A stretch of 43,171 bases of DNA from positions 1-43,171 of the forward strand of contig NW_021835004.1 in assembly GCF_006345805.1 (NCBI RefSeq), read 5' to 3'. Positions 12,195 to 29,455 of the stretch are shown one piece after another. The notes beneath the pieces were generated by a model. It was not told the origin of the DNA, made no database searches, and worked only from the letters and a program-made list of their open reading frames with translations. How positions within the stretch are numbered: the stretch's first letter is position 1; every line of letters starts with the position of its first letter. The DNA is from Octopus sinensis. Its lineage: Eukaryota. A program made the position numbers and the translations under genes.

Positions 12195-12800
12195 ATCCCC
12201 TCTATTATCGCCGCAAGGCCTGAAATCTGAAAGGGGTTGTCTAATCGATTACATCGATCTCAGTGCTCAGCTGCTGCTTGTTTCATCGACCCTGACTGGA
12301 TGAAAAGCAAAGCTAACCCCAGCAGGGATTTGAACTCAGAACGTAAAGCCGGAAGACATATCTATTTCTTTATTACCCACAAGGGGCTAAAAATAGAGGG
12401 GACAAATAAAGACAGACATAGGTATTAAGTCGATTATATCGATCCCAGTGCGTAACTGGTACCTAATTTATCGACCCCGAAAGGATGAAAGGCAAAGTCG
12501 ACCTCGGCGGAATTTGAACTCACAACGTAACGGCAGACAAAATACTGCTTAGCATTTCGCCCGGCGTGCTAACGTTTCTGCTAGCTCTTACGCACTGGGG
12601 TCGATGTAATCGACTTAATCCGTTTGTCTGTCCTTGTTTGTCCCCTCTATGTTTAGCCCCTTGTGGGTAATAAAGAAACGGATACTTGTAAAAGAAAGTC
12701 GACATCGATGGAATTTGAACCAAAAATATGAAAACCGGTAGAAGCACTGCAAAGACTTTTATCAGGTGTGTTAACTATTTTGGGTGCTCACCGCCTTAAA
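12195..12800 (-). mobile_element. SINE A dimer (A2 joined to a diverged A), inverted A2 tail at 12588-12672, then a decayed SINE A
   Basis: Junction gacatat|ctatttc at 12361/12362; plus-strand tacgcactggggtc...gtaataaagaaa immediately after the head. Confidence 0.75.
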
Positions 12801-13069
12801 AAATTCTTTATAAATGATAATAATATCACTAATTTACTTCAACAACAACAAGACAACATGAACAGAAGCAGCAGCGTCAGTAGCAGCAGCAACAACAACA
12901 ACAAAAACAAAAACAAAAACAAAAAATCCAAGAGGAGATAACATGCAATGCATACTTAAATATCTTAAGAGGGAAGAAATATCTGAAAACATACAATCAA
13001 TATGAAATATGTAAATACTGAAGTGAGACAATGATAAGCGGGATAGGAGGACAGAGAGGCGGTGAGGTG

Positions 13070-13118
13070 TGTGTGTGTGTGTGTGTGTGTGTATGCGTAG
13101 ATTTAATACCCATACATG

Positions 13119-13150
<32 letters not shown>

Positions 13151-13153
13151 TAT

Positions 13154-13205
<52 letters not shown>

Positions 13206-14077
13206 ATATATTATATATATATAATAATATATATATATATTTATATATATATACACACACATGCTAATAGTGTTTAGTGTTATTTAGATTATATATACAA
13301 ACTGTACATAGACAGAGGTGTTTGCGAAAATATATATTGATAGGGTTGTGGTAGTGGTGGTGGTGGTGGTGGTAGTGGTGATAGTGGTAGTAACAACAAT
13401 AGTAGTGGTAGTTGTTGTAGTAGATGGCGAAAAAATAGGAGAAAAACCGACATGTCCTATACATACATATACATGCATACATACATACACACATGCATAC
13501 ATACATACATACATACAACACATGCATACATACATACATATATACATACATATATACATACATACATATACATGCATACATACATACATACACACATGCA
13601 TGCATACATACATACATATATACATACATACATACATACATACATACATACGTACATACATACATACATACATACATACGTACATACATATATACATACT
13701 ACATACATATATACATACATACATACATACATACATACATGCATACATACATACATACATACATACGTACATACATAAATCATACATACGTACATACTCA
13801 TACATACATACTACATACATACATACATGCATACATACATACATACATACGTACATACATACATACATACACATACATACGTACATACATACATACATAC
13901 ATACATACATACATGCATACATACATACATACATGCATACATACGTACATCACATACATACATACATACATACGTAACATACATCATACATACAACATAC
14001 ATACATACATGCATACATACATACATGCATACATACATACATACGTACATACATACATAAATACATACATACATACA

Positions 14078-14113
<36 letters not shown>

Positions 14114-14200
14114 CATACATACATACATACATGCATACATACATACATACGTACATACATACATACAAATATGCAAATATGCAAATATGCATACGTACAC
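13070..14200. repeat. (TG)n/(TA)n, (GGT)n and a ~740-bp degenerate (TACA)n array
   Basis: Directly visible; HTYI/VCMY ORFs. Confidence 0.97.
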
Positions 14201-14249
14201 ACATTATATATTTATAAATATATTGTAAATGAGTGAGCTACATAAATCG

Positions 14250-17295
<3,046 letters not shown>

Positions 17296-18104
17296 CTTCT
17301 TCTTTCCAGAAAGATGCCTATTTTAACCATATAAAGACTCTAATAACATGATTTGACTTTGCATGCTCTGTGGGATGTGTATATGTATATGTGTGTGTAT
17401 GTATGTGCTTGCGTGGTTCTGTGTATAAGTGAGTGTATAAGTGTATTTGAGTGTGCGTGTATGCGCGCGCGCGCGTGTCAAGAAACAGAGCTGATGGTGG
17501 GCGTGGTGGAAGTTTTCGGACAATGACCGATGAACGCTGCATGAAATGGAGTGAAGCGAGAACACTTAGCTGTGTTTAATAATCAGTGGTAATTATGAGA
17601 TGGAGGGAAAGAAAGAAAGCGATGGTGAGCGGGGGAGGGAGATGAAGAGGCGAGTAAAGGCAAGGGATGTGAGGAGAGACAGAGGAGGGGACAGGGAGAA
17701 ATAATAACAGAGAAAAATACACCTACATTCATACAAACAAATATATATATATATATTATATATATTATTATATATTATATTATATAATATTATCGCCATA
17801 CTAATATGGCATTCTTATAAAAATAAGAATAAAGCTGTCCGCTTATTAGCTCCATGAGGCCATCGCCTTAAGTTAGCTCTTAGAGAGACTTAGTAATTTT
17901 AATATTTCTATTATATATATATATATATGTATATATCTTTATATATACATATGGATATAAACAACTTATTAATAAGGGCAAACGAAAAAATTTCTAATGC
18001 CAAATATGCCGAAAATTGGACATATTGTCCATAACCATATAATTTTTCACAATACGCACGCTTCTCGAAAAAAAGCCGACAGAAATTTCTAAAAAATTCC
18101 ATTA

Positions 18105-18164
18105 TTACCATATCGGACCGATTTCAGGGTTAGTTCGTAAGAAGCCTCCCTTCGTCAGTGATAA
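18105..18164 (-). ncRNA. Canonical type I hammerhead ribozyme motif
   Basis: TTATCA-CTGACGA-AGGG(18 nt)CCCT-GAA-ATCGG(T)CCGAT-A-TGGTAA: intact core, 4-bp helix II, 5-bp palindromic helix III, 6-bp helix I with one G-U. Confidence 0.8.
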
Positions 18165-18376
18165 ATGTGGCAAAGAAATAAATGAGATACTTACTCATAC
18201 CCATGGAAGAAGCAAATACTAAGTCATGGGCACAATTAAGGGCCCCAAATACATCCAAAATAGAAATACTCCAGCCCATTCAAGACATGTGCGATTGAAC
18301 CGAGGATCTCACAGAGTGAGAAAGTCAGGAAGTGAACACTTAAATTTATATTTAATGTAGGAAAAATTTTTTTTCG

Positions 18377-18419
<43 letters not shown>

Positions 18420-18785
18420 CTTTGCATACTCGGGTTGATCTACATGGGTCCGAGTTCATTCCCACTGCATGGCACCTTGGGGAAGTGTCTTTTAGTATAG
18501 CCTCGGGCCGACCAAAACTTGTAAGTGGATTAAGTCGACGAAAACTGAAAGAAGCTTATCGTAAATATGTATGTGTTTGTGTGTCTGTGTTTGCTCCCTC
18601 GCCATTGCTTGACAACCGATGTTGGTGTGCTTACATTCCCGTAACTTAGCGGTTCGCCAAAAGAGACTGATTGAATATGTACTAGACTTACAAAGAATAA
18701 GTACCGGGGTCGATTTATTCAACTAAAGGCGGTGCTCCAGCAAGGCCACAGTCAAATGACTGAAACAAGTAAAAGAATAAAAGAA
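18420..18785 (+). mobile_element. SINE B copy
   Basis: cccactgcatggcaccttggg...gaaactgaaagaagc...ggcggtgctccagc..cagtcaaatgactgaaac. Confidence 0.85.
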
Positions 18786-18804
18786 TATATATATATATAT
18801 ATAG

Positions 18805-18878
<74 letters not shown>

Positions 18879-19024
18879 TGAAGGTTTGGAGATGATGTAC
18901 AGGTATTATATATTAGAAGAAATGAGGTGATCAGAAGATCGGATGGTTCATGTTTATAGATATTTATTTATATATTACATTTTTTACATATATATATCAT
19001 ATCATTCAGATCATATCATTCAGA

Positions 19025-19066
19025 TTATTAGCGCTTTCTCCCATTCCAGTGGGGTTTTCAAATCAA
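19025..19066 (-). ncRNA. Hammerhead-like motif with U3-A8 core variant
   Basis: TGAT-TTGAAAA-CCCCA(CTGGAA)TGGGA-GAA-AGCGCT-A-ATAA; one mismatch each in helix I and the helix II closing pair. Confidence 0.5.
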
Positions 19067-19166
19067 ATATATATATAATATATATATATATTATTGTGTC
19101 TGGATAGTCATTCTCTTTTAGTGCCACAAACGAAAATGAAATATATATATATATATATATATATAT

Positions 19167-19593
<427 letters not shown>

Positions 19594-19643
19594 ATACATA
19601 CATACAATACATACGTAAATAACACACATACACACTATTATAT

Positions 19644-20285
19644 ATACAAGGTACATTCCAAAATTCTTCTGACATTTGCAGGAGAAGCATTTCTTAACTT
19701 CAAGAAGTACAAAATTCTAATCCCTTTCATAATATACTGCCTTCTGACTTCAATGCTATTTTTGTATCAATCCAGCGACATTTTGAAATGTCCTATGGAA
19801 GTCCTCGAAAGTGAAGATGCCCAGGACCCTTATCACAGTCGACGTCATCTTTAAAACGCCTCTCCTTGAGGTTCTCAGCTTCGGGAACAACCGAAAGTCA
19901 CAGGATGCAAAGCCTGAACTTTAGGAAGAATAGAAGATAGTTTTGATGCTCATCTCTGTCAATTATTGGGTACGAAAATGCTCGTCTATGAACACCCTAG
20001 GAACGAACTGTGCACAAATTTTGCATATGTTCAGATCTTTATGAACAATTCTGAGTACGGCTCCAAACTCTATGCTTATTGTTTTTATAGACACAGAGCG
20101 GTCTTCATCCTTAGAATTACGAATTTTCTCGACCAGTTTTGATGATCTGATGTCCTTCTCGCTCCCACATCTCTCATCGTCTCTCGTCTCATCCCTACCA
20201 GCCTTGAATCTCTTGTGGCAGTGAAACAGCTAATCTATATACAATCTGGAGCATTTCATAAGATGATTCTGTAGCATTCTTGCCC
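19644..20285 (-). mobile_element. Decayed mariner-family DNA transposon
   Basis: Translates NATESSYEMLQIVY..HKRFKAGRDETRDDERCG..LVEKIR..EDRSVSIKTI..IVHKDLNICKICAQFVPRV (mariner HTH region); TIR-like TA|CAAGGTACATTCCAAAA at 19644. Confidence 0.75.
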
Positions 20286-20329
20286 AGTTTAATCTGTTTG
20301 TTAGCATATTTACTTTGCGATGCTTTGTG

Positions 20330-20612
20330 TTTCTTTCGCTCTAGAGCGTCGGCTGCGGGGTCACCCGAAAAGCTCTATCTGCGACAATTTCATCTTAATC
20401 GAAGGAGAGGGGCTTTCTCCGTCTGGGTTGCGAATCCGTGGAATAAGCTGCCAGACGAGATAGTGAAGATGCCGACGACCGCTCGGTTCAAAGTCTCCTT
20501 GACCACAAATGGCCTGAACTATTTGCATGAACACCACCCTGTACATAACTCCATGTCCCCCTACATGGCCTTGCTTTTTGCTTTTTGAGCCAAATTAACT
20601 TAACTTAACTTA
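20330..20612 (+). mobile_element. CR1-group LINE 3' end, second family, (TTAAC)n tail
   Basis: RLRGHPEKLYLRQFHLNRRRGAFSVWVANPWNKLPDEIVKMPTTARFK; tail ttaacttaacttaac. Confidence 0.85.
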
Positions 20613-21153
20613 ATTAATTTTAAATATAACAAAGAATTTAGTAAAATAACTTAGTTATCATTAAGCTAGAGTTAGGAACATAAATTATGACTAAGGTTTC
20701 TTTGTTGTAAGATTTTGATTCATGAAAGCAAGATACTTGTACTATAGACCCAGCCTGGTTGTTATCGAAAGGATTAATATGAAATGTTCATGCAGAGTGA
20801 ACTTTCAAATGTCCCGGCTGCATTCACCAAACTTGCCAGTTGTGACAAGCTCTGTTTAATTTATTATTTTTTTTAGATCATCTTTACCATCTTAACATAG
20901 GAAATACAAAGAGACAATATAGTGCTAGGATAAGCTACAAATACAATGACAAGTTTACCTAAGTCCGGTTTTTACTAATTATTCAATGTACACATATAAA
21001 ATTTGTACAAATTTGTTACCAGTTCAAATATGCTTGAGGTATATTCGAACTCATAAGGAAGCCGTTCACTGTATATTGACGTAGAGAAAATTTCTTGCTA
21101 TAGACAAACAGGTGTAGATACATCGTGTCAGTTCATAGCCTCGCCTAACCAGA

Positions 21154-21201
21154 CTGTTGGATGCATGCATTTCGGGGCGGTTATCTCCTCTTCAGCAGCA
21201 G
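21154..21201 (-). ncRNA. Type I hammerhead motif, intact core
   Basis: CTGCTG-CTGAAGA-GGAG(ATAACCG)CCCC-GAA-ATGCATGCAT-C-CAACAG; AUC triplet; one mismatch each in helices I and II. Confidence 0.7.
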
Positions 21202-21533
21202 AGACCAGAAAGGCAGACGCGGCGAACTGCCACGTGTGACAAGTCCCTCTCATATACCTGTCATGTTAGCGACTGGCCGTAAACAAAAAATGCAAGCTGA
21301 CAGCGTTAAGCTGTGATGTATATAAACGAATCCGCAAGAAAGTCATTTGAACCCGTGAAAAAAAAATCCATTCACTGTATTTTGTCATTTGAAGAAAATT
21401 TACTGCTGTAGACAAATAGGCGTAAATACACTGAGCCAGTTCACAGCGTTTCTTACAAAACTCATAATAATAGGCAACCGATAAAAATTTTAATTCTGTT
21501 GATTTAAACACTAAATATGGGATTTGACATGGC

Positions 21534-21590
21534 GTACAGTAATCTCTCGCCATATCACGGTTCACCTATCGCGGTTCATCTATCGCGGTA
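21534..21590 (+). mobile_element. Isolated pogo/Tigger-like terminal inverted repeat
   Basis: TA|CAGTAATCTCTCGCCATATCACGGTTCACCTATCGCGG resembles pogo-type termini; no partner found in the window. Confidence 0.45.
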
Positions 21591-21658
21591 TATTATTTAA
21601 GCTTGCGTCAATTCCTTCGTGGTATTGTTTTGCATTTATGATAATAATAATAATAATA

Positions 21659-21694
<36 letters not shown>

Positions 21695-21699
21695 TATAT

Positions 21700-21880
21700 A
21701 TCTTTTTATTTTTTTTTTTATTTATTTATTTATTTTTTGTTCTTTTCTTCCCTTTTGATCGAAAACCTACGCCACTCCTTTTTTTTTCTTTTGTTTTTTG
21801 TTTTTTTCATCCCCCAAAAGAAAAGCTCTACCTTGTAACTTGTCCCATCTGTGTGCAGCCCTGTGTGGCCAATAAAGAAA
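21700..21880 (+). mobile_element. 3' end fragment of the Tx1-like LINE followed by (TCTA)n
   Basis: cccttttgatcgaaa...aaaagaaaagctctaccttgtaa...gcagccctgtgtggccaataaagaaac matches 24345-24468. Confidence 0.85.
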
Positions 21881-21881
21881 C

Positions 21882-21959
<78 letters not shown>

Positions 21960-21988
21960 GTCTATCTATCTATCTGTCTATCTGTCTG

Positions 21989-22070
<82 letters not shown>

Positions 22071-24091
22071 ATGCCAGACTTGTTTGGAGATCTCTTGGCG
22101 GCGGTGTACTGCAACTGGCAGCAAAACGGGAGCATTCCTGGTTTTGTGAGCCGAGGAGCCGTAACACTGCTGAAGAAAGATCTAAACAAGGGAAATGTAA
22201 TAGATAACTTTAGGCCCATCACTCTGCTTAATGCAGACTTGAAAATTTTGGCCAAGGTGCTAGCCAAGAGGTTGGCGCTTGTCATCGAGAAACTGGTCGA
22301 CAGGGTGCAAACATGCGCCGTGCCAGGCCGGACCATCCATGACAACCTCCACCTGATGCGCTACATCATAGACAGGGTAGTTAACGAACCTGGCATGGGT
22401 GGGGCGCTGATCAATTTGGATCAATCGAAAGCTTTCGATAGGGTAGACCATCGATACTTGGAGGCGGTCCTCAGAGCGGCTGGCTTCGGTCCCGTCTTCC
22501 GCGGCTGGATAGCCGCTTTGTACAGAGGCATCCGTTCGGTAATTCGCGTCAATGGACATCTATCGAGACCCTTCGACATCGCACGTTCGGTCCGTCAGGG
22601 ATGCCCCCTCTCGTCGCTTCTATACGTATTGACTCTCGAGCCATTATTGCGGAAGCTGGCAACCTTGAGAGGCATCCCGCGAGAACTGGGATGCGGGACG
22701 AGCGTGTCTGCATACGCGGACGACATCACCGTCATAGTGTCTAGCCACGAGCACATCGAGCAGGTCGGCGAGACACTGAAAAACTACGAAGCGGTGACAG
22801 GAGCGAAAATCAACCGGGAAAAGTCAGTGGGCTTGCGACTAGGCACCTGGAGAAGCAAGCCCATGCCGTCCACCAGCGCCTCCGTCGTGGGACGCTGGAC
22901 CGACGGCCCGGTTGAGTTGCTCGGGGTCTGGTTTGGTCCGGACCTCCAAGTGGAGAAGAACTGGAACGAGATAACGAGTAGGGTGGTCACTCTCGCCCGA
23001 CAATGGGCCGAGAGGAAACTGTCCCTAAAAGGTCGGGCGGAGGTGGCGAACACGTACATCGCGTCCGTCATCTACTACCGCCTGACCGTCGTACCTTGTC
23101 CCGACCCTACCATCACCAACTACAACGCATTCTCTTTCGCTTCTTGTGGAAAGGATGCGTCCCGATGGTCAGGCGATCCATTTGCTGTCAACACCGTTAA
23201 AAGGAGGGCTGGGCATGCCGTGGTTGATGATGCGCAGACACGCGCTGAGACTGCGACATCTCTGGCTCTATGTAGACGACGGTGAACAGTGTGGTCGCCG
23301 TTTGTGAGGCACGCTTTCCCGCAGCTCGTCTCCATGACGAACTGCAGTCGTGGATCAAAAAGAGGCCGAAGAAGGGCGAATGGCACCGCGAGTGTCGCGT
23401 TGCTCTCAAGCAACTCTGCCGTCCTGGGTCGACCTTGAGTGACTTCAACACAACCAAAGCATTCTATAGGGGTTTAGTGGAGGGGAGGTACGACGACGAG
23501 CTCGGGGCGAACCTGGACGTCGACGAGGAGTACCTGACCCGCCTGTTCAGACGACTTTCGGGCCAGGGCCCATGGACAATTCCAGAGATCCCTGCCTGGC
23601 AGTGCTACCGAGAAGCGCTACCCGTTCGGGATAAGCTCTACAGACACGGCTCGAGAAACACGGGGCCGACCTGCCCGAGATGCGGTCAGAGCGACGAAAC
23701 CGTTCTGCACGCACTCGTGCAGTGTCCAACAATTTCCGACCTGTGGGCTTGTGTCGAACAACTGCTGTCACGTGTGGGACGAGTCGGTTTATCAGCTGAG
23801 TCTATCGTTAATATTGTCACGCCTCCCTCCTTCAAACGGGAAGGAAGAGCTATTTTCATCATCCTTGTGGCTATGGCGAAAGAATGCATCTGGTGGACGC
23901 GTCTGAAAGGATTGGAGACAAACACTTTCCTCTCTGGTCAATCTCTCATCAACTTCTTCAAGTACCACTTGAAAAGGAAAGTGAGAGTAGAGAGGCAAGT
24001 TTTGTCTAGCGAATGTTTTAAAAAAAGATGGGTGAATGTAGCAAGAATGGCACGTATGAATGACGAAGCCACCTTCAGCATGATCCTATGA
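22071..24091 (+). pseudogene. Disrupted ORF2 (RT) of the Tx1-like LINE
   Basis: Spread over ORFs 22071-23285, 23003-23200 and 23282-24091. Confidence 0.9.
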
Positions 24092-24467
24092 ACCCAGAAA
24101 TTGAAAACAGAGAGTTGCAAAAAAAAAAAAAAAGAAATATAACATGTGACTCCATTGACCGAGGTTACCGTGGTCTTTTCCGTAGGCTTTTCTTTCCACG
24201 GGTAAACCTCACCTGTCCTCCCCTTTACACTTCATATTGACATTTCTGTGATAACGATCCCTATTGATCAATTTTTTTTTCTTTCTTCCTCTCCCCCTTT
24301 TTTTTAACCCCCCTTTTTTTTGTCCTCTTTTTCTCCTTTTACGATCCCTTTTGATCGAAACTCCCCCTTCCTTTTTTTTTTCTTTTTTTTTTTAAACCTT
24401 CAAAAGAAAAGCTCTACCTTGTAATTTGTTCTATCTGTGTGCAGCCCTGTGTGGCTAATAAAGAAAC

Positions 24468-24470
<3 letters not shown>
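22071..24470 (+). mobile_element. 5'-truncated L1/Tx1-clade LINE: RT, C-terminal CCHC knuckle, ~380-bp 3' UTR
   Basis: [45 protein letters not shown] motifs; CPRC..ETVLHALVQC; frameshifts near 23115 and 23285; flanked by (TCTA)n on both sides. Confidence 0.93.
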
Positions 24471-25402
<932 letters not shown>

Positions 25403-25994
25403 TTCTCTATCGTTGTTCTGGTATTCCCCTGGTTTTCGTAAGGGTATAGTTTGTGAGTCGTGTTTCAAATAGCACCCAATCATGATGTGATCTCCTCTTT
25501 CTCTCCCTCTTCCCCCTCTCTCTCTCTCTCCATCTCCCCCCCTCCCCCCTTCTCACTCTCTTTCTGTGTATACGTGTGCAAATGTAGGTGTCCTTCTCAC
25601 ACAATACTCTCCCTTTAAAGCGATCCTCGTAATCAACGCCAAGTGTGACAGGCCATCATTAGCACGCTATTAGTCTTGCTGAAACCTAGGTTTGTCGTCC
25701 TCCACAACAGTCGAGATGGTGGTGGTGGTGGTCGTCGTCGTAGTGGTGGTGGTAGTGGTGGTGGTGATGGAGGCGGTGGTGGGGAAGTGTTGTGCTCCTG
25801 TGTGTTGCTTTGGTATTGATGGTGGTGGTGACTACGGTGGTAGGGGTGATATTGGCGATAGCCTTGGTACTGCTCCTGATGGTGTAAATGACGATAATGA
25901 GCTGGCAGTAACGTTAGTGTGGTGGTTGGTGTGATAGTGGTGATGGTGACTTTGTGTCTTAACCACTGTGATGGTGGTGGAGGTGGTTTTCTTT

Positions 25995-26213
25995 TTAGGC
26001 CGCGACCAGGCCGGGGCACCACCTTGAAGAATTTTATTCGAACGAGTCGACCCACCCCGGTACCTATTGTTTTTTGAAAGCCTAGTCTATCGGTTTCTTT
26101 TGCTGAGCCTTTAAGTTACAGGGACACAAACAAACCAACACCTGTTGCCAAGCGGTGGTGGGGAACAAACACAGACATAAAGACCCCCCCCCAACACACA
26201 CACATACACACAT

Positions 26214-26252
<39 letters not shown>

Positions 26253-26410
26253 TACACACACACAAAGTTTTCGGCTACCATATCCACTCACACGGCTTTG
26301 GTTGCCCCTGAAGATATTGTAGAAAATACTGCCCAAGGTGTCACGCAGTGGGACTGAACCCAGCACCGTGTGACTGGGAAGCAAGTTTCTTACCACAGAA
26401 CCATGCCTGT
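25995..26410 (-). mobile_element. SINE B copy
   Basis: Reverse-complement head (cccaaggtgtcacgcagtgggactgaacc), internal (CA)n and tail. Confidence 0.8.
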
Positions 26411-26488
26411 AGCTAAATACAAGTGGTATAATATAATTTCATTATACAAAGACTTAGTTAATTTCCTTTACAATTTAATAGAGAAGGA

Positions 26489-26730
26489 GAGGTAGAAGAG
26501 TCCAGTTTGCTGGACATTGTTGTAGAGCTGAAAACGAGGTAATTTCTATTCTTCTCCTCTGGAAGCCATTTACTCACGATACCAGGGGGAGCACACTTTC
26601 CTACCCTGATGTAATCTCCAGGGATACAGGCATCCAGCAACAGGACCTCCGTAGTGCTACGATGGACCGTGAAGTCTGGCGTAACATAATAAATTCCATT
26701 GTCTCGACCACGGTCGAACAATGATGATGA
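26489..26730 (+). mobile_element. RTE-clade LINE 3' end with (TGA)n tail and 12-bp TSD
   Basis: RRVQFAGHCCRAENEVISILLLWKP..SYPDVISRDTG..DLRSATMDREVWRN; TAATAGAGAAGG at 26477-26488 and 26731-26742. Confidence 0.85.
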
Positions 26731-26759
26731 TAATAGAGAAGGCCCTACTCCACGCAGAC

Positions 26760-27990
26760 ATCTACAAGGGAATATAAAGCTTGATGACATTATTAATCCC
26801 TTCGAAAATTATCCTCTCCTTGATTAAAACAATTTGCTACATTTTTGTTGTTGTTGTTGTTGTTGCTTGGAAGCATTTGTAAAACAACATTCCGTGAAAG
26901 ATGGCGCTAAAATCATCATCATCATTGTTCGACCGTGGTCGAGACAATGGAATTTACTATGCTACGCCAGACTTCACGGTCCATCATAGCATTACGGAGG
27001 TCCTGTTGCTGGATGCCTGTATCCCTGGAGATTACATCAGGGTTGGAGAGTGTGCGCCCTCTGGTATCGCGAGCAGATGGCTTCCAGAGGAGAAGAGTAG
27101 AAATTACCTCTTTTTCAGCTCTACAACAATGTCCAGCAAACTGGACTCTCCTACCTTTTACAAGAGATGATACAGGTGGTAGTTTCCCATATATTTGTAC
27201 TTTGGTTGGATGATACTTCCACGAGAGATTTTGAGCTAAAATACAAACATCGATCCTGTTTTACACGATAGGAAATTTGCTCGTCACCGTTTTGTTGTTG
27301 TTTTTTAGGATTTGCTGAGGATATTTTAAATGAGTACAGATTTGGTAGTCCTACCAGTCTTTTCTACAACTTTGATCTTAAGGCCAGTTGTGCGCAGGAT
27401 TTTCTTAAGTGCCTTACTTAATTCGTTCTTAGGTGTGGCGTCAACAAATATTACAGTGAAATTTCTTGTTATCACACCAAGTATTGGTTTTATTTCTTTT
27501 GTTAGTGTCCCTCTCTAACCTATTCCAGAACTTGTTGTGGTATAGGGGACATAAACCGTTTTCGTCATCTTTTAGAATGCGTCCGAATCTAGTTTTCGCT
27601 CCTTTTTACACTCTGATTCTATCGTATTGTGTGTATCCGTAACGTTGCATTCGGAATATGTAGTGCTGGATGAAAAACGAAAATTTCGAGTCGAAATCTT
27701 TGCTGGTGACATCTGACACAGATGGGAAGGTTTTTGCTTGTTGAAACTCACATATATTTATCAATCCACTTTTGTGATGTGGAGAGGGATATACGTGAGT
27801 TGTTGTACGTGTCATCGATTAGTCTGGCTACGATTTTTAAGGGCGTGCATAATAGCTGGATATGTCTACTTGGTGTTACTTCAGTTGTGGGTTTTGTTGC
27901 CCAACAAAATATCAGTTTAATCAAATGCTACATTTACTTAAGCGAGAGTTGCTTCTAAATGAATTTTTATCTGATATTCATTGGCCCAGG
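26760..27990 (-). mobile_element. Decayed Penelope-like element (post-RT linker, trace GIY-YIG), interrupted by the RTE copy
   Basis: FRMQRYGY..DRIRV..ILKDDENGLCPLYHNKFWNRLER..IFVDATPKNEL..GLKIKVVEKTGRTTKSVL, a typical PLE linker pattern; many stops. Confidence 0.6.
26914..27234 (-). mobile_element. RTE-clade LINE 3' end, same family, 8-bp TSD
   Basis: AQNLSWKYHPTKVQIYGKLPPVSSLVKGRRVQFAGHC..; GCTAAAAT at 26906-26913 and 27235-27242. Confidence 0.85.
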
Positions 27991-28545
27991 AGGGGGCTGC
28001 GTGGTAAGAAGCTTGCTTCCCAACAACATGGTTCCGTGTTCAGTCCAACTGCGTTGCACCTTGGGCAAGTGTCTTCTATTATAGCCTCGAGCTGGCCAAA
28101 GCCTTGTAAGTGGATTTGGTAGACGGAAACTGAAAGAAGCCCGTCATATATATATATATAAGCTCTTATTTCTAGCAGGTGGATGGTTGCTAAGCATCCT
28201 TACGCTTCGTACAAATTTATTATTCATCGCTATTTAATACTATTGCACCTGCGATCCACCTATGTCACTGCTGGTGATATCAATTTTAAAATTTATCCAC
28301 AGATGATATGAACAGTAGTGACATCTGATTTCAAATCTCAGTGTTTGAATGTTTTGCTTATATGTATATATATATGTATATATATATGTGTGTGTGTGTG
28401 CTTGTGTTTGTCTCCCTCGTCACCACTTTAGAACCGGTGCTGGTATGCTTAACGCTTCAGCAAAAAAGATCGATAGAATAAGTACCAGACTTAAAAAACA
28501 AGTACCGGAGTCGATTCATTCGATTAAAAGATGAAGCAAAAGAAA
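27985..28545 (+). mobile_element. SINE B split by a ~190-bp insertion in its internal microsatellite
   Basis: 5' half 27985-28160, unrelated 28160-28350, 3' half 28380-28545. Confidence 0.7.
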
Positions 28546-29040
28546 AAGAAAAAAAAGAAGCTTCTTTCACAAGGCTTCCTAGGAATATTTGGGTTTTGTA
28601 AGTAAAAAAAATAATATCCTGCAGCGTTTAAGATTAAATGGTTAATTTCCGATCACGCTACACCATACGTCCGTGGTGATTATCATTCATATTTAAGCTG
28701 CACATTTAAGCCAAAAATTATTCATTATATGCCAAGATTTCGACAGATGCCGCGCTATTATAGATACTCCTAAAAGTATGCAATTTGCAATTATATACCC
28801 TACAAATGCTGATTCAGAGAGAAATATGCACGCCATAAGTCTGAATAATATGAATCAATCGGCGCCATTTTAAAGTTTTTGAAGACACTTAAACATTTTG
28901 ATTTATTTCTCTTGTAACTTTAGATGTTTTCACACACGCAATTGACATGTTTATATAAAGTCGGCGACAACAAATTCGAAGTAATGATTTGTGAAAGCGC
29001 AGTTTTCAATCACATTCAGTATTACCAACTATTTTAAATA

Positions 29041-29455
29041 TAGGCGCAGGAGTGGATGTGTGGTAAGTAGCTTGTTTATCAACCACATGGTTCCGGGTTT
29101 AGTCCCGCTGTGTGGCACCTTGGGCGAGTGTCTTCTACTATAGCCTCGGGCCGACCAAAGCCTTGTGAGTGGATTTGGTAGACGGAAACTGAAAGAAGCC
29201 CGTCGTATATATGTATATGTATATATGCGTGTGTGTGTTTGTGTGTGTGTGTTTGTCCCCCTAGCATTGCTTGACAACCGATGGTGGTGTGTTTATGTCC
29301 CCGTTACTTAGCGGTTTGACAAAAGAGACCGATAGAATAAGTACTGGGCTTACAAAAGAATAAGTCCCAGGGTCGAGTTGCTCGATTAAAGGCGGTGCTC
29401 CAGCACGGCCGCAGTCAAATGACTGAAACAAGTAAAAGGGTAAAAAGAGTATTAA
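29041..29455 (+). mobile_element. Full-length SINE B
   Basis: taggcgcaggagtgg..tgtggtaag..ggttccgggtttagtccc..ggcggtgctccagcacggccgcagtcaaatgactgaaacaagtaaaa. Confidence 0.9.

Noticed and set aside
28620-28760. IKWLISDHATPYVRG, similar to a PLE GIY-YIG C-terminus
   Set aside because: Too short and degenerate to call
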